In this document: positions 1 to 12,726 of the stretch, piece after piece
Position numbering within the stretch: position 1 is the first letter of the stretch
Layout: each line of letters starts with the position of its first letter
Position numbers and translations under genes: made by a program
The notes under the pieces: model-generated
The model's database searches: none
Told to the model about the DNA's origin: nothing
The model's input: only the letters and a program-made list of their open reading frames with translations
Assembly: GCA_973895155.1 (NCBI GenBank)
Contig: OZ316896.1
Location: 16,347,752-16,411,751 of the forward strand
Reading direction: 5' to 3'
DNA from: Marsupella aquatica
Taxonomy: Eukaryota; Plantae; Marchantiophyta
Length of the DNA: 64,000 bases

Positions 1-39
1 TATATACGAGTCCGTCTCTACACAATTAAGATCAATAGT

Positions 40-191
40 GACGTTTGGAATTGATGTTAGCACTAGTACTTCGAACACCAAAGTACTGGACGGTGTTACC
101 ATTCAAATTCCTTGAGACGTTTGGAATTGATGTTCGCACTAGTACTTCGAACACCAAAGTACTGGACGGTGTTACCATTCAAATTCCTTGA
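40..191. repeat. 76-bp tandem duplication (40-115, 116-191) upstream of BTB gene 1
   Basis: GACGTTTGGAATTGATGTT(A/C)GCACTAG...CAAATTCCTTGA occurs twice with one mismatch. The paralogous region near 5835 has a single copy. Confidence 0.95.
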
Positions 192-649
192 GGATCATTA
201 CGGTCTACTAACGAGTTACGTGACCCAGATTCGATCGACTCCTCTACGTTCGAGTACACAGTACTCCAACTGAATTTACGATCGACCTGACTTCTTCCCG
301 CTCAACTGCTCAACTGTGAGAAGGTGTCCAAGTGTATATATATATTCGAGGATAATAAATTCTGGGCAACTGCAATGTGTGACGTGCGCACTACTGCGAT
401 TCATATTCGTAAAACGAATGCAATTTCATGAGTTGAGTGCCTTTGATATCAAGAGACTGGCGTGCTCACTTACATGTAGTTTGTCGGTAACATCTTCGTG
501 CTAGGAAACTTACTACGCTCAGCGGGCAAATCAAGCAGCTGCATCCATCTCATTTTTTGAGCTTTATATGTAGAGTAGGAATACATACGCAGAGCATCCT
601 GTTCCTGAAATCCAAATTGGAAAACATTCATCTTTTATATTCGGGATTC

Positions 650-1793
650 ATGGGGAAGAAGGAATGTTGTACTCGCTGTTTAAAGTTGTATAGGAATTCT
701 AATTCTCCCAATTGGGGAAGCAGCACTGTTGTGCAAATCCCGAGCTGCCCCAGGTGTCTCGTGCGTCATGAGAATGAAGTCTACAAGATCAATAGTGACT
801 TTGAAACGAAGAAAGAATCTTACGAAAATGAGTTGTCAAAGAGTGCGCAAGAGTTGCTCGTACAGAAAACGATGTACGAGGAATTGATTTCGGTCCTGAG
901 GCTCGAGGTGAACCAGCTTAAGGCTGATAACAAGGAGGAGCGAAGTAAAGTGAAATTTTTGCAAGTTTTCCGCAGTTCTTCTCAACATGATGTAGTACTC
1001 GAAGTTCCTGGCCTCCAAGTCAGTGCACACCGCGCCATCCTGGTGAGAAATCCATATTTTTCTTATAATTTCTGCTGATGAATGAAGTAACATACAGTCT
1101 AGCGCCAGATTAACTTTTCTTCAAAATGCTCGTTTTGACGTGGAGCGAAAACCTCGTTCGATTGTCCAGATCGAGCATCATTCTGGGGCTTTCTTCCGAA
1201 GTGACCTTTTGGGGCAGTGCTTAGGGATGTCATCGTTTTACTTGGAAACGTACATTAATTTGGTGTCAAAGAATCATTCTCGGAATCATTCAGCTATCAG
1301 AGCATTCGTTTGAGACTACTGGACATGCTGATGGCAAATGGTAGATGAGAGCATATCCTTTGTGTGCATTTTCCTGTTTGTTTGCGTTGACAGTGTGTTT
1401 CTACATGATGTACAGGCTGCGAGGTCACCGATCTTCCAGATGATGGTCCACAGTGGAACTGCAGAAAACCTGCCCAAGGTGATTTTAGTAGAGGATATAT
1501 CTCCTCCAGTCCTTGAAGCGATAGTAGATTTCTGCTACTCTGGGGAATTCTCATTTACGGAACTTGTGCCTCCTGAAGAGGTTCTCAAAATTGCACACAC
1601 GATGGAGCTTGCTCGTCTGAAGGAGCTTTGTGACATTGAGCTTTGCAGTGGGGTAACTGTAGAAAACGTACCACAGATGCTCAAGCTCTCGAGAAGGTTT
1701 TCAGCAATCAAACTTGAAGCAGCAGTAGGGAAGGTCTTCCAGGATCATTTCGAAATGCTGAAAGATAAAGTTTATGGTGCTTTGGAAGGCTAG
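650..1793 (+). CDS. BTB/POZ-domain protein (At4g08455/At3g56230-type: CxxC..CxxC + coiled coil + BTB), 256 aa; probable CUL3 adaptor
   Basis: Exons 650-1042 and 1416-1793 (GTGAGA..TACAG intron) join AHRAIL|AARSPIF. Also DVVLEV, VEDISPPVLEAIVDFCYSG, LKELC and N-terminal CTRC...CPRC. Confidence 0.9.
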
Positions 1794-2028
1794 GACCTGA
1801 TACGGTCACAAATTTCAATTTTATGGCTGAGGAACGGGCTGAGGGGACTCTGGATTTTGAGGACTTTAAACTCGCCTAGATTCATCCGTGAGGTTCCACA
1901 GATAGCACTAGTTTTCGTATAACTCCGGGATTCCCGATCGATGAATATGACAGAATTTCATGTGTAAGTAGCTAATTAAATTCCAAAACAAAGTGGATTG
2001 TTTTGTATTCATACTACTTAATTGGGCG

Positions 2029-2186
2029 AATTCTCCTGTTACAAATGGGCAGCATATATGTATTCCTCAAAAATCAAGAACTTACTACGCTGCTATTCTC
2101 TCAGCCTATTTTGATGGTGAATTCTCCTGTTACAAATGGGCAGCATATATGGATTCCACAAACATCAAGAAAGCCTATTTTGATGT
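2029..2186. repeat. Imperfect ~91-bp tandem duplication downstream of BTB gene 1
   Basis: AATTCTCCTGTTACAAATGGGCAGCATATATG occurs at 2029 and 2120. The paralog (~7843) has a single copy. Confidence 0.85.
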
Positions 2187-5100
2187 TATGAATGCTTGTT
2201 TGGTCACCTCCTACCAGAATCTGTTATTTGGAGAGTTTTCACACGAAGCGTGCTTCGTTTGATTGTATCCCTGTTCTCTGGTAGAAGCGTCTCTGAAATG
2301 AGCAGTTTTCCAACAAAAGAATCAAGTCAACAAGTTTCAAGAGTTGTAGACCACTTGCAAATCCAATTCAAGTCAACAAATTTCAAGAGTTGTAGCCCAC
2401 TGGCAAATCCATACCGGCTTCAAATGAAACTCGTTTCCGGCCCTCGATTAATTATGTTACAACTCTCACTTGGAAGAAGTGGTACCGAAATGTGCTTCCT
2501 TTGATTACGTTTTCTCACACTGCCCGAAGAGGTGGTGATGATGCGGATTTCATGATAGACAGCCCTCCTACTTACTGCTTCCATGATTCCCGATCTGCAG
2601 GTAGAATTTGTTGAATAGTTTTTATCTCGCACTGAGTGTGAATTTTCCGTTTCCCAATTCAAAAGAAGCTGTATTCCATCTGCCCTCAAGAGCTTAATTT
2701 TAATCTCCAAGAATCTTGCGCAAGATTAAGATTGAGTCTTTGTTATTTCAGGGCAATCCTCAAGTTTCTAGTCGAGAGTGGATGGGTAGTAGAGGTTAGC
2801 CCTTTAATCTCCAAAGAATCTTGGGCAAGATCTGAGTCATTTGTTACTTCTACCCTCTAGTTTCTAATGGAGAGGAGCAATTAGAATCCAGGAAGCAAGA
2901 GCTGCAGACCCTAGTAATTAAGTTGCAAGTCTGCTGAGCTCATGAGAAACTAGCTTAGTGAGACTTATCTAGTAGGAAGCACCTTGGACTGATTGTGGAG
3001 TCATTTCCAGGCTACCTATTTGTGACTTATCTAGTAGGAAGCTCTTGGACTGATTTTGGAGTTCCATATATGAATCATGGATGACCGACGGACGTGATGA
3101 CTGTAATTACACATATCACGAGTCGCAATACTTAAAGATTTTAACATATGAATTAATAATTGATGACTCGCTTCCCATCTTCCCCATGGTGTGGGTGAGT
3201 GCTTAAATTGTCTGTTGTGAATTGAAAAATACCGAAGTCTCAGTCGTTGATTGGAGGCCTGCCATTCATCCAATCGATCCAATGCATGTGGATGCAAATC
3301 TCAGTGACAGGGTACCGCAGTTATTATCTCAACGAAGTAGATTCAGTCGTGGAAATGTTACGGTACCTCGTGATCATGGTCTGGCTTCATCATTATCTCA
3401 GTAAGCTTCTTGTACGTCTGGAGGGCATTGACACTCCTAAAAGCTATGGGAGCAGTCACACCAGTCCTGGAAGGTATTGGAACATTGCTCTCAGTCACAC
3501 CATGCCTGAAAGGTATGGGAGGAGCCAGGGTTTAACCAGAAGACGGCCTCATTCAGTCCATGTACGCGGTACCTTTCAACAATCATGATATGGGGCTGCT
3601 GGTGATCCGGTTCAGAATGTGATTGGAGACTGAGACGTTCAATCTTTCAGGTACTACTTCTGCCACTTAGCCCTAAGTAGTTAATTAAGCGACATCCCTG
3701 TACTGAAATTGGAGTGTAACAGACTCTTTGTGGAGTTGGCGATTCTTTGGACAAGCTAACTTAGCACTGATCGCCATCAAAGCTTGAAATTGTAAAGGTG
3801 AGTCAATCGGCAGGTTTACTGAGCCGGTGCCAAGCACTTATGCGCAATCGTTTTTGACATGCAATTCAGTGCGGGCGACCCATTTTGAGTATGGCCACGT
3901 TAAATTTTTTTGCCTGAACTTGTTTTCTGGCGGGGGCCCAAAATGGCTCCAAAACATTTTGGCCACAAAATTAGAAACAGATTCTAAGACATACATGTAT
4001 TCTCCATAAAAATTCTGACAAACATACCTATTGTATACAGATTCTGATAAATATATCTTAGAAGGTGGAGTATTAAGGGTGTTTTAACAGGATGGACACA
4101 AGAGGACTCAGGAGGGGGGACATTATGCCTTTTGAAGCTTTTCTTCCTTTTTCTAAAGAGAAGGGGCCATACACTGATTAAGAGCATCTTTTAATGATGA
4201 TTTTATGGTGTGTCTTTTAAGAAACTGAAAGGATGATCCTTTCCCTACCAAATCCTGTGAACAGCACCAAAAAGGCAATGGTTCATTTCATTGTCGGGTT
4301 TGAGTCTCAAGATTGTTTTGGTAAGCAAATGACCCTTGCAACTACAAATTTGTCCAACATTGTCGAGCAAAAGTATTATTAGCTACTCTTCTTCTTAACA
4401 CAACCAGGTGTGTAACTAGTACAGTCATTAGGTTGGCCAAGACTGATCTCCTAAGTCAAGGTTGGGGTACATTGGCAAGAATGCTTCTAAATGAAATTAT
4501 TCCTAATTACTCAAACCCAAATTATATGGAGTTATGGTACATTGGTGAAATCAATGTCAAATCCTAAGCAGCGCTCTTTGGCTCATCCACACTAAATTCC
4601 ACATCTTTGCCCAGTATATATTGGAGTGCATAAGCATTAGATGTTGCTACACAATGGCGCATCATTCTCCACAACAATTAGTCAGCCTTGATTGCCGTTG
4701 CAGAAATTAACTTGTTAACAGGAACCTGACTCAAAGCCTGCCACTAAGGTTCATGAGGGGGAACTAAACATCCCAAGTACATCATTTGAGTCATGCCCCC
4801 AGCCATATCTTGTTGGTCAAAACTACCAGCTGGGAAACAAAACTACCAACTGGGAACCGAGAGGTCTAGGCCAGGGTCTAGGGTTCAATTGTAACTTCTA
4901 ACTACTGCAATTATACAAGAAAATTAATAGTAATCCTTTTGAGGGTAGGAAATCATGAGAGAACCTGGGTTCCTTCTCAAGGTTTCAAATGCAGAGGCTG
5001 CTCATATTAATTGTGCTCATATTAATTGTTTGACGGTGGTCAAAATCATCTGCATAACCATGGATGTATCAGTTCTGCATAGTCATGGGCAGGCTAGTTG

Positions 5101-5762
5101 GTACAATACCTTCAAAAAGGTAATCCTCTTTAACATCCTCTTTGACATCCTATGCTGCTAAAAAATTGCTTACATGGTTGTGAAAAAAATTAGTCAGGTG
5201 CTTGCCGAGTGTCTCAAAGTCCTCATACAACTTAAAGATTAAAAAAAGATACTACAGTGGGGGAAAAACTTTATCTTTTTTGGTGTGAGGTTCACCCTGG
5301 TGTTACTCAGTCTCTAATTAGTGAATTTGACCAGACTGCTTGGTGGACCAGAAACAGGTTGTCAGCCAGTGACTTGACAAATGTAGTAAAGCAAGGAACC
5401 AGTCTGTCCTCTGAGACACAATCATGGATTCTGCTTCTATGATGCACCACTCTCTTCAACTCATTCTAGGTAGCTCTAGGTTTTTCAGGGATTAATTTTT
5501 AAATTATATGGGGCATGTCTAAAACATGATTTTTGTACTACGAGTAATACAATATCTTCTTAACATAGCCTTGTAGTTTAGTTACTGAGCCTTTGTCACC
5601 CAATTCAACGGGCCTGGTCAATTAAGCCCTCGAAGCAAATAAGTTGCTCGAATAAGAATTGAACGATTGAAATACATGGACATACCGCAGTTGACGGATC
5701 CCTTTCTATGCACTAACTTCATGAAAATCGGCTTGGACCAAGTTTCGGAAACCCTCCAGTTA

Positions 5763-8548
5763 CATACATGAGAGTCCGTCTCCACTCTCTAGCCCTGAAC
5801 ATGGCCGACGGTTTACACAATTAGGATCAATAGTGACGTTGGAATTGATGTTAACACTAGTACCTCGAACATTAAAGCACTAGTGCTAACATTCATTCAG
5901 GATTATTACGGTGTACTAACACTTCCGTGACCCACATCGATCCAGTCCTCTACGTTCGAGTACGCTTACTAGTCGAAACTGAATTTCCGATCGACTTGAC
6001 TTCTTCCCGCTCAACTGATCAAACTGTGAGATCGAGGGTGTCCAACTGTATATATATTCGAGGACAAAAATTGTAGGGCAAGTTCTGCAATATGTGACTA
6101 GCGCACTACTGAGATTCAAGTTCGTAGAAGGTATGCGATTTCATCAGCTGAGTGCCTTTTGTTTCTAGATAATCGATATCAAACACTGGCGTGCTCACTT
6201 ACATCTGGTTGTTCGTCAGCGTCTTCTTGTTAGGAAAATTCCTTACTAAGCAGCTGCATTCCATCTCATTTTTGAGCTGTATATCTAGAATAGTAAATAC
6301 GAATTCAGTTCCTAAGTCCAAATTGGAGAACTTTCATCTTCTATACTAACCATATCTGGGCTTCATGGGGAAGTCGGAACATTGTACTTACTGTATAGAG
6401 TTCTATAGGAGCTCTATTTCTCGCACTTGGGGAACCAGCAATCGTGTTGTGGAAATCCCGGGCTGCACCAAGTGTCACACTCGTCATGAGAATGAAGTCT
6501 CCCAGCTCAAGGCTGCCTTTGAAAGGCAGAAAGAAGATCACGAAACTGAATTGTCGAACAGTGTGCAAGACTGTCGCACTCGTCATGAGAAAGAAGTCTC
6601 CAAGCTCAAGGCTGACTTGGATAAGCAGAAAGAATATTACGAAACTGAATTGTCGAACAGTGTGCAAGCCTTGATAATACAAGAAACGAGTTACGAGGAA
6701 TCCGTTTCGGTGTTGAGGCTGAACTCGAGCATCGACGTGAACCAGCTTAACGCTGATAACAAAGAGCAGCGAAGTAAAGTGAAATTTCTTCAAGTTTTCC
6801 GCGATTTTTCTGAACCGGATGTAGTACTCGAAGTTCCTGGCCTCCAAATCAGTGCACACCGCGCCATCTTGGTGAGAAACTCATATTGTTCTTATTTTTG
6901 CTGATGAGTGAAATAGCATACAGCCTGACACCAACTCTTCTTTACTTTTCTTCAGAATGCTAGTTTAGACGTGGAGCGAAAACGTCGTTCGATCGTCCAG
7001 ATCGAGGTCATTGTGGCCTCTCTTACGAAGACGTGACCTTTTGGCGCAGTGATTAGGAATGTCATCGTTTATCCATTCTTGGAAACGTATCTTAATTTGG
7101 TGTCAAAAAATCTTTCAGCTGTCATCTGAGCATTATTTTAAAGGTGCTGGACATTCCGAAGGCAAATGGTGGTGATGTATCTTCCGGTTGTTTGCGTTGA
7201 CAGTGTGTTTCTACATGATGTACAGGCTGCGAGGTCACCGGTCTTCCGGCAGATGGTCTACACTGGAATTGTAGAAAACCCGCCCAGCGTGATTAAAGTT
7301 GAGGATATATCGTCTCCAGTCCTTGAAGCGATAGTAGATTTCTGCTACTCTGGGGAATTCACCTTTACCGAACTTGTGCCTCCTGATGAGGTTCTCAAAG
7401 TAGCACACACGTTTGGGCTTGCTCGTCTGAAGGAGCTATGTGACATTCAGCTTTGCCGAATAGTCACTGTAGACAATGTGCCACAGATGCTCAAACTCTC
7501 GAGAAGGTTTTCAGCAATCAAACTTGAAGCAGTATCAGGGAAGGTCTTCAAGGATCATTTCGACATGCTGAAAGATAAAGTTTATGGTGCTTTGGAAAGC
7601 TAGGACCTGCTACGGTCCCCAATTTCAATTTGAGATTGTGGCTGAGGGGCTGGGAGACTCCAGATTTTGAGGATTTTAAACTAGCTTAAATTCATCCGTA
7701 AAGTTCAATTCCACAGATAGCACTAGTTTGCGGAGGTCTGGGATTCCCGATCATAGACTCTGACATAGTTTGATACGTCTAAGTAGCGAATTAAATTCCA
7801 AAGCAAAGTGGATTGTTGTGCGTTCATATTGCTTAACTGAGAAAATTCTCATGTTACAAATGGGCAACATATATGTATTACACAAACATCAAGAAGTTAC
7901 TAAGCTGCGATTCTCTCAACCTATTTTGATGTCATGAAATGCTTGTTTGATCAACAAACTTATTAAAATCTGTTATCTAGAGAGTTTCACACGAAGCGTG
8001 CTTGGTTTGATTGTGTCCCTTGGTTTGATTGTGCCCCTTTTCTCGGTAGAAGCGTATGCGAACTGAGTGGTTAATTTTAGAGTTTTTTCAAGTTTATAAA
8101 TTTCAAAGTCCTAGACCACTTGCATATTGCCTTCAATTGAAACTCGGTTCCCTCTATTATGTTACAACTCTCACTTGTGAGAGGGGGTACCGAAATGTGC
8201 TTCCCATTCGCATTATCCCCGGCAGAGTGAGAAAATTTCAATCTGCTTCCCATGATTACGTTTTCTCACTCGGCCGGTGGTGATAATGCGAATTTCATGA
8301 CGGACAGCCCTTGTCCTATTGCTGGTTCCCTGATTCCGGATCTGCAAGTAGAATCTGTTGAACAGTTTTTATGTCGACACTCAGTGTGAACTTACCGTTT
8401 CCAGTTCAAAGTGCAGTGTTCGATCTGCCCTTCAAGAGGTTAGAGCTTTTAGTCTCCAAGAATCTTGCGCACAATTTGAGTACTCGTTTGTTATCTCAGG
8501 GCGATCCTTGAGTCATAGTCGAGAGTGCATGGGCAGTAGAGAGGTTTG
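5763..8548 (+). repeat. Segmental duplication copy 2
   Basis: Colinear with 1-2800. Confidence 0.9.
6365..7603 (+). CDS. BTB/POZ-domain protein paralog 2, 294 aa, with an internal 33-aa duplication
   Basis: Exons 6365-6871 and 7226-7603, with the same intron position and phase as paralog 1. AHRAIL|AARSPVF; CTYC...CTKC. Confidence 0.9.
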
Positions 8549-9251
8549 AGGAGATAGGATTGGGTGTTGGTGGTGTCCAAAACATCAATATTTTTCACTA
8601 GGTAGTCTGAATGTCAGGGATCACACCAAACAGTTCAATTAGAAGTCATTTAGTCAATGTTGGGGTTTATCAGAGTTAACATTTTGTAGGTTTTGTGGCG
8701 CCCCAAGTCAAATAGTGGTGCCCTGTGCAGCCCAGGTAAACCCAACTGCAACTACTGCAGAATTACAGTATTTTTGGATTACTATGGAGTGACTGTATTT
8801 TTTGGATTTTGGATGGCCGGCCTACCATCCAAGGGGCCTGATCAAGTACTCAATCCATCTTTGTCGTCAATCAAGTCCACAAGATGTGTCGTCAATCAAG
8901 TCCACAAGATGCTAGAGGAGCCCGGTTATGTCTTTCCTCCTTTAATCTCCAATAATTCAATTGCCAAAAATTTTGGACAACATGAGTGTCTTGTCAATCA
9001 ACCTTAAGTTTCTAATGGAGAATTTAATCTTGGGCAAGATCTGAGCCATTTGTTACTTTGGCACTCAAGTATCTAACGGGGAGTGCATGGGCAGCAGAGC
9101 CTTCCACTGCGTGCCATAAGTGATAGTCTAAGCCCACAATCTGAATCCCACAATCTGAATCAAATACTACCTTAGTGTCCAGCTCAAAACCAGCTGTTGC
9201 AGGTCACTCCAAGGTGTCACAGGGAAACCTTTGGTTGACATATATATGTCA

Positions 9252-9659
9252 CTAGCCCCGACTGTTCGTTCTTTGAACGTGAATAGCGGAGAGGACAATA
9301 AAAGTATTATCAAAATATATTCTCTATTCATATTCTTTGAAGGTTAATGAAATGATAAAAAAACTCATCATTTTAATAGTCATATATAATATAACATTCT
9401 CCTTTATGCGCACATCAGTCTTTTTGTATGCACATTCATCTTCTATGCACTATGTTGTGGTGGGGCCATAGTGCCATATTTTTAGAATGTAAATACTTAA
9501 AAATTATCACAAAATTTTTGCATGTATCAGTTGACATACATCATAGTCATGTCACCAATTTTTCCCATGCACATGATGGCCATAGAGTTACGATCTAGAG
9601 GCTTCACTCTAGACCTAGGCTCTTAAAAGTAGACCTGAGTTGACGCTTTTATAGTAAGA
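9252..9659 (-). mobile_element. Non-autonomous Helitron-like element, family A copy 1
   Basis: On the minus strand it starts A|TCTTACTATA and ends CTAG|T, with a subterminal hairpin (CGTTC-TTT-GAACG). Homologous to 10558-10782. Confidence 0.6.
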
Positions 9660-10089
9660 TGAACAGGAAATAGCAATTTGTACCCACCCTCTGCCCAAGT
9701 TACCATGTTTTGTTCAAAGGTCAACTGATAGTGATAATATTATAGCCCCTTCCCATGGAGTATGGGCCCAAATTTGGAGTAGGGGGCATCAAAGAAGGTG
9801 TTGTTTGACACATATTAAACAGAAACTTTACCATCTGAAAGTCAGATATTTCAATTATGTGAATTAAAGTTAGGAGTTGGGAAGCAATGGAAATTCCACT
9901 AGACCCTCCCTACCAAATTGTCAAGTAGGCAACTATATATCTACCTCATTATTTAGGGGGTGTCAAGACTGGGCCCATGGGGTCGGGTCCAACTGATTTC
10001 CCATTGACATCCTTCACAGAGTATCTGTCCTCCCTAACATGGAACTCAATTTTGCATTTCCAGCACAGAATTGTCTGTAAGAATAGTTA

Positions 10090-10240
10090 TCTTAATATAA
10101 ATCACAATGAGAAGCTAGAGTAAGGGTCTAGGCTTCTAGAGTGAAGCCTCTAGAGAGTGACTCTAGTGCCCCACCACAATTTCTGTGGATGGAAAGAACC
10201 ATGGGATGTCATGTATGATGAAATAAAATGATGGCCAAGC
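10090..10240 (+). mobile_element. Helitron-like family A, 5' part in opposite orientation (3' end not resolved)
   Basis: A|TCTTAATATAAA start followed by the family motif CTAGAGTGAAGCCTCTAG, the reverse complement of 9596-9613. Confidence 0.45.
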
Positions 10241-10782
10241 ATGATGCTATATTAACATTCAAATAACAGGCATTTAGGCTCGTCATTCAGTTTCCTGTGG
10301 CTGAGTTGTAAATAGGATTTCTTTGAGAATATTCAACTTTAACAATGCACCATAGCTCATAGAAGTTGAATGAAAGGAGCTTTCTGACTAGCCCCCCATA
10401 GCTTGATCTCAAAGTTATTAGCTAGACAATCAACAGGGGTTGAAGTCAGTAATTTTCAATGTGTGTGATTTAGGGTTAAACTAGGATTGTCCACTCACTA
10501 AATATTTGTGAAAGGGTTCACTCAAGCTTTTTAGTTCCCCATTATTTGTAATAGAAACTAGCCCCGACTACCTGTTCTTTGAACATGAATAGAGGAGAGG
10601 ACAATAAAAATGTCAACAAAATATATGTACTATTCCCATTCTTTGAAGGTGAATGAAATGATAAAAGAAACCATCATGTCTAGGCCCCATCATTTTAAAT
10701 CATCATACATATATCATAACATCCTCCTTTCTATGCACATATATTATTATGGTGGGGCCCTAGAGTCATGCTCTAGATTCTT

Positions 10783-11077
10783 TGTTAGGAATTGACTCTA
10801 GTTCCCGACATAGTTAGCTTGGCCTTACTAGGGTTAGTTTTAACCCTAGATTACATTAGGATAAGATCCGCTTAGTTTAGGCCCACTCATCTTGGCCCCC
10901 TTGGGGGGTATAGGCTGGAGGGAGAGCACTCTCTCCCTCATTCTTCACATGTATTCTCATTTGCTATGGAGCCTTCAAGAGTTTCTCCACTCGGGGTGTC
11001 TCGTCGGTGTAGCGTCTGATTGAGTGTCTCTCATGTTTCCGCATTGTTGTCTAGTCCAGAGCCGACGGTTTCTTACA
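10783..11077 (+). repeat. 5' LTR, 295 bp
   Basis: TGTTAGGAA...TTCTTACA; 3 substitutions relative to the 3' LTR by manual comparison. Confidence 0.97.
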
Positions 11078-11079
11078 AG

Positions 11080-11091
11080 TGGTATCAGAGC
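11080..11091 (+). promoter_or_regulatory. Primer-binding site complementary to the tRNA-iMet 3' end
   Basis: TGGTATCAGAGC, 2 nt after the 5' LTR. Confidence 0.95.
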
Positions 11092-12726
11092 TTCGTGTTC
11101 GTGGTTTGGTGGCTTGGGCAGTGGTGAGAGCGTTCGTTGTGTTGGATCGTGGTGGAAGATTGAATCATCGTCGATGATTGTGTGATTGTTTCATTGGTCG
11201 TTTCGTGTTGAAGGTTTCGTGAATACAGTGACGGTTTCCCGATTGAAACTTCAGCCTGGAGTGTCGGATGTGTCTCTGTTCTTTGAACTACTGTCAAGAG
11301 GACAGTCTAGCGATCTCTTATGCGCGTCGGTGGGCACTACGTTTTGGTGAAGGTTTCACTGCTTTTCATCATTGGTGTGCCGAGTAATCTTGTAGATTGA
11401 GGTTGCTGTTTAGAGCTTGATGCTCTAGGTTATGGCTTGTATATGTTTCGACTTAATCTTGTGTGGGGCCAAAAAAAGTTGTTTTCTTTGTAAAAAGGTT
11501 GTGCGTTGAGGGACCGGTGTTGCAATTTTTTTCTTTTCGTATACTTTTGTTTGTGCCGTCTCGCAACAGAATACGGTGGTGCGGACGGGTTTCTTTGCGT
11601 ATGTGCGGAGAGAGGGCGAAAGGGAAATTTTATTGCCCGGGCACGTTGTTCTATGCGCGCGAGTGAGCCAGGAGGGCTCAGAATACAAAGGACTAAAGGA
11701 GGATCGAGCTTTGAAGAAGTTGGTACGCTTGTACCTGGCTTGAGGAGGACTGTACTAGCATAGTACAGGCAAGCAGGTACGAGGCCTGGTGGAGCACAAG
11801 GTACAATGTGGTACATAAGTCTTTAAAGGAGCATAAAGTACATGTTTGGTACCTTGTACTTGACTGCATTAAAGGAGAGGAAAAGAGCATATGTGCTCAC
11901 ATCCTTTTGGGAACTATGGTGAGGGGCATATAAGGGCTTTGGAAGGTACGGTGGGGCATTAAACAAGCCCGGTACAGCAGCTACTTAGTGGAGTGGAGGC
12001 ATGGGGGAGTTAAATGATTCCTTTTCTTTGGAAACCTTTTACTAAGGCTTGAGGCATTGAGGAGAGCCAAGTATTTTGGTTTTTTAATTAGATTGCACCT
12101 CGTTCAAGATCCGAGTTGAGGGCTGGCACGTGGCCCTATGCACAAGGGGGGCGTATTTTTGCGAAAGAATTTGGAGGCCTGGAGGGGCGAGCTGTCGCCC
12201 TTGGTTCTTTTGTCACTTATTTAAATACAAGGGGTTTTCTTTCGCTGTTCTTCTTTTCTTTCCGCAATCAGACAGGTGTCAGTTCCATGTTCCTTCTGCT
12301 ATAGAATTCGACTGTATTTTTATTCTCTCCAAAAGATACTTTTCCAGAGAGCTGTTTTTTGGCCGAAAATTCCAATTTCGGCAATCGTCGAGGAAGAATT
12401 TTTCCGTAAGACTTAGCAAGGGGATGCTCAAGGGAGTTGAGCACGGGCCTGTGAAATTGATTTGCAGTTAACTATTGCGGAATTTTTTCGGGACCTAAGA
12501 TACCCAACGGGGGTCAAAACGGCCATTTTGACCCCCCTCCGGTCCGGGTTGAATAAGTTTTTGCTGAACAAGTTTTTCGCCGAATCATTTTCAGATCAGG
12601 GCAGTGTACCTTGCAGGCTACGCGGCGGTTCATTCTATTTCCAATTTCACCAACTTTCATTTCTTGGTGAATTTTTGGTTGGAAATATTTTGGTTGTGTA
12701 TTTCCTGTGTGTTTGTGGCAACATCA

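Larger units (their letters stand above)
1..2800 (+). repeat. Segmental duplication copy 1 (promoter + BTB gene + 3' region), paralogous to ~5763-8548
   Basis: Colinear similarity runs through upstream sequence, both exons, the intron and ~1 kb downstream. Patchy similarity continues to ~2850 vs ~9060. Confidence 0.9.

Noticed and set aside
4560-5250. Possible hAT transposase remnant (HINCAHINCL resembles the C..H motif)
   Set aside because: The similarity arises partly from a local 15-bp duplication, and no other motifs or termini were found.
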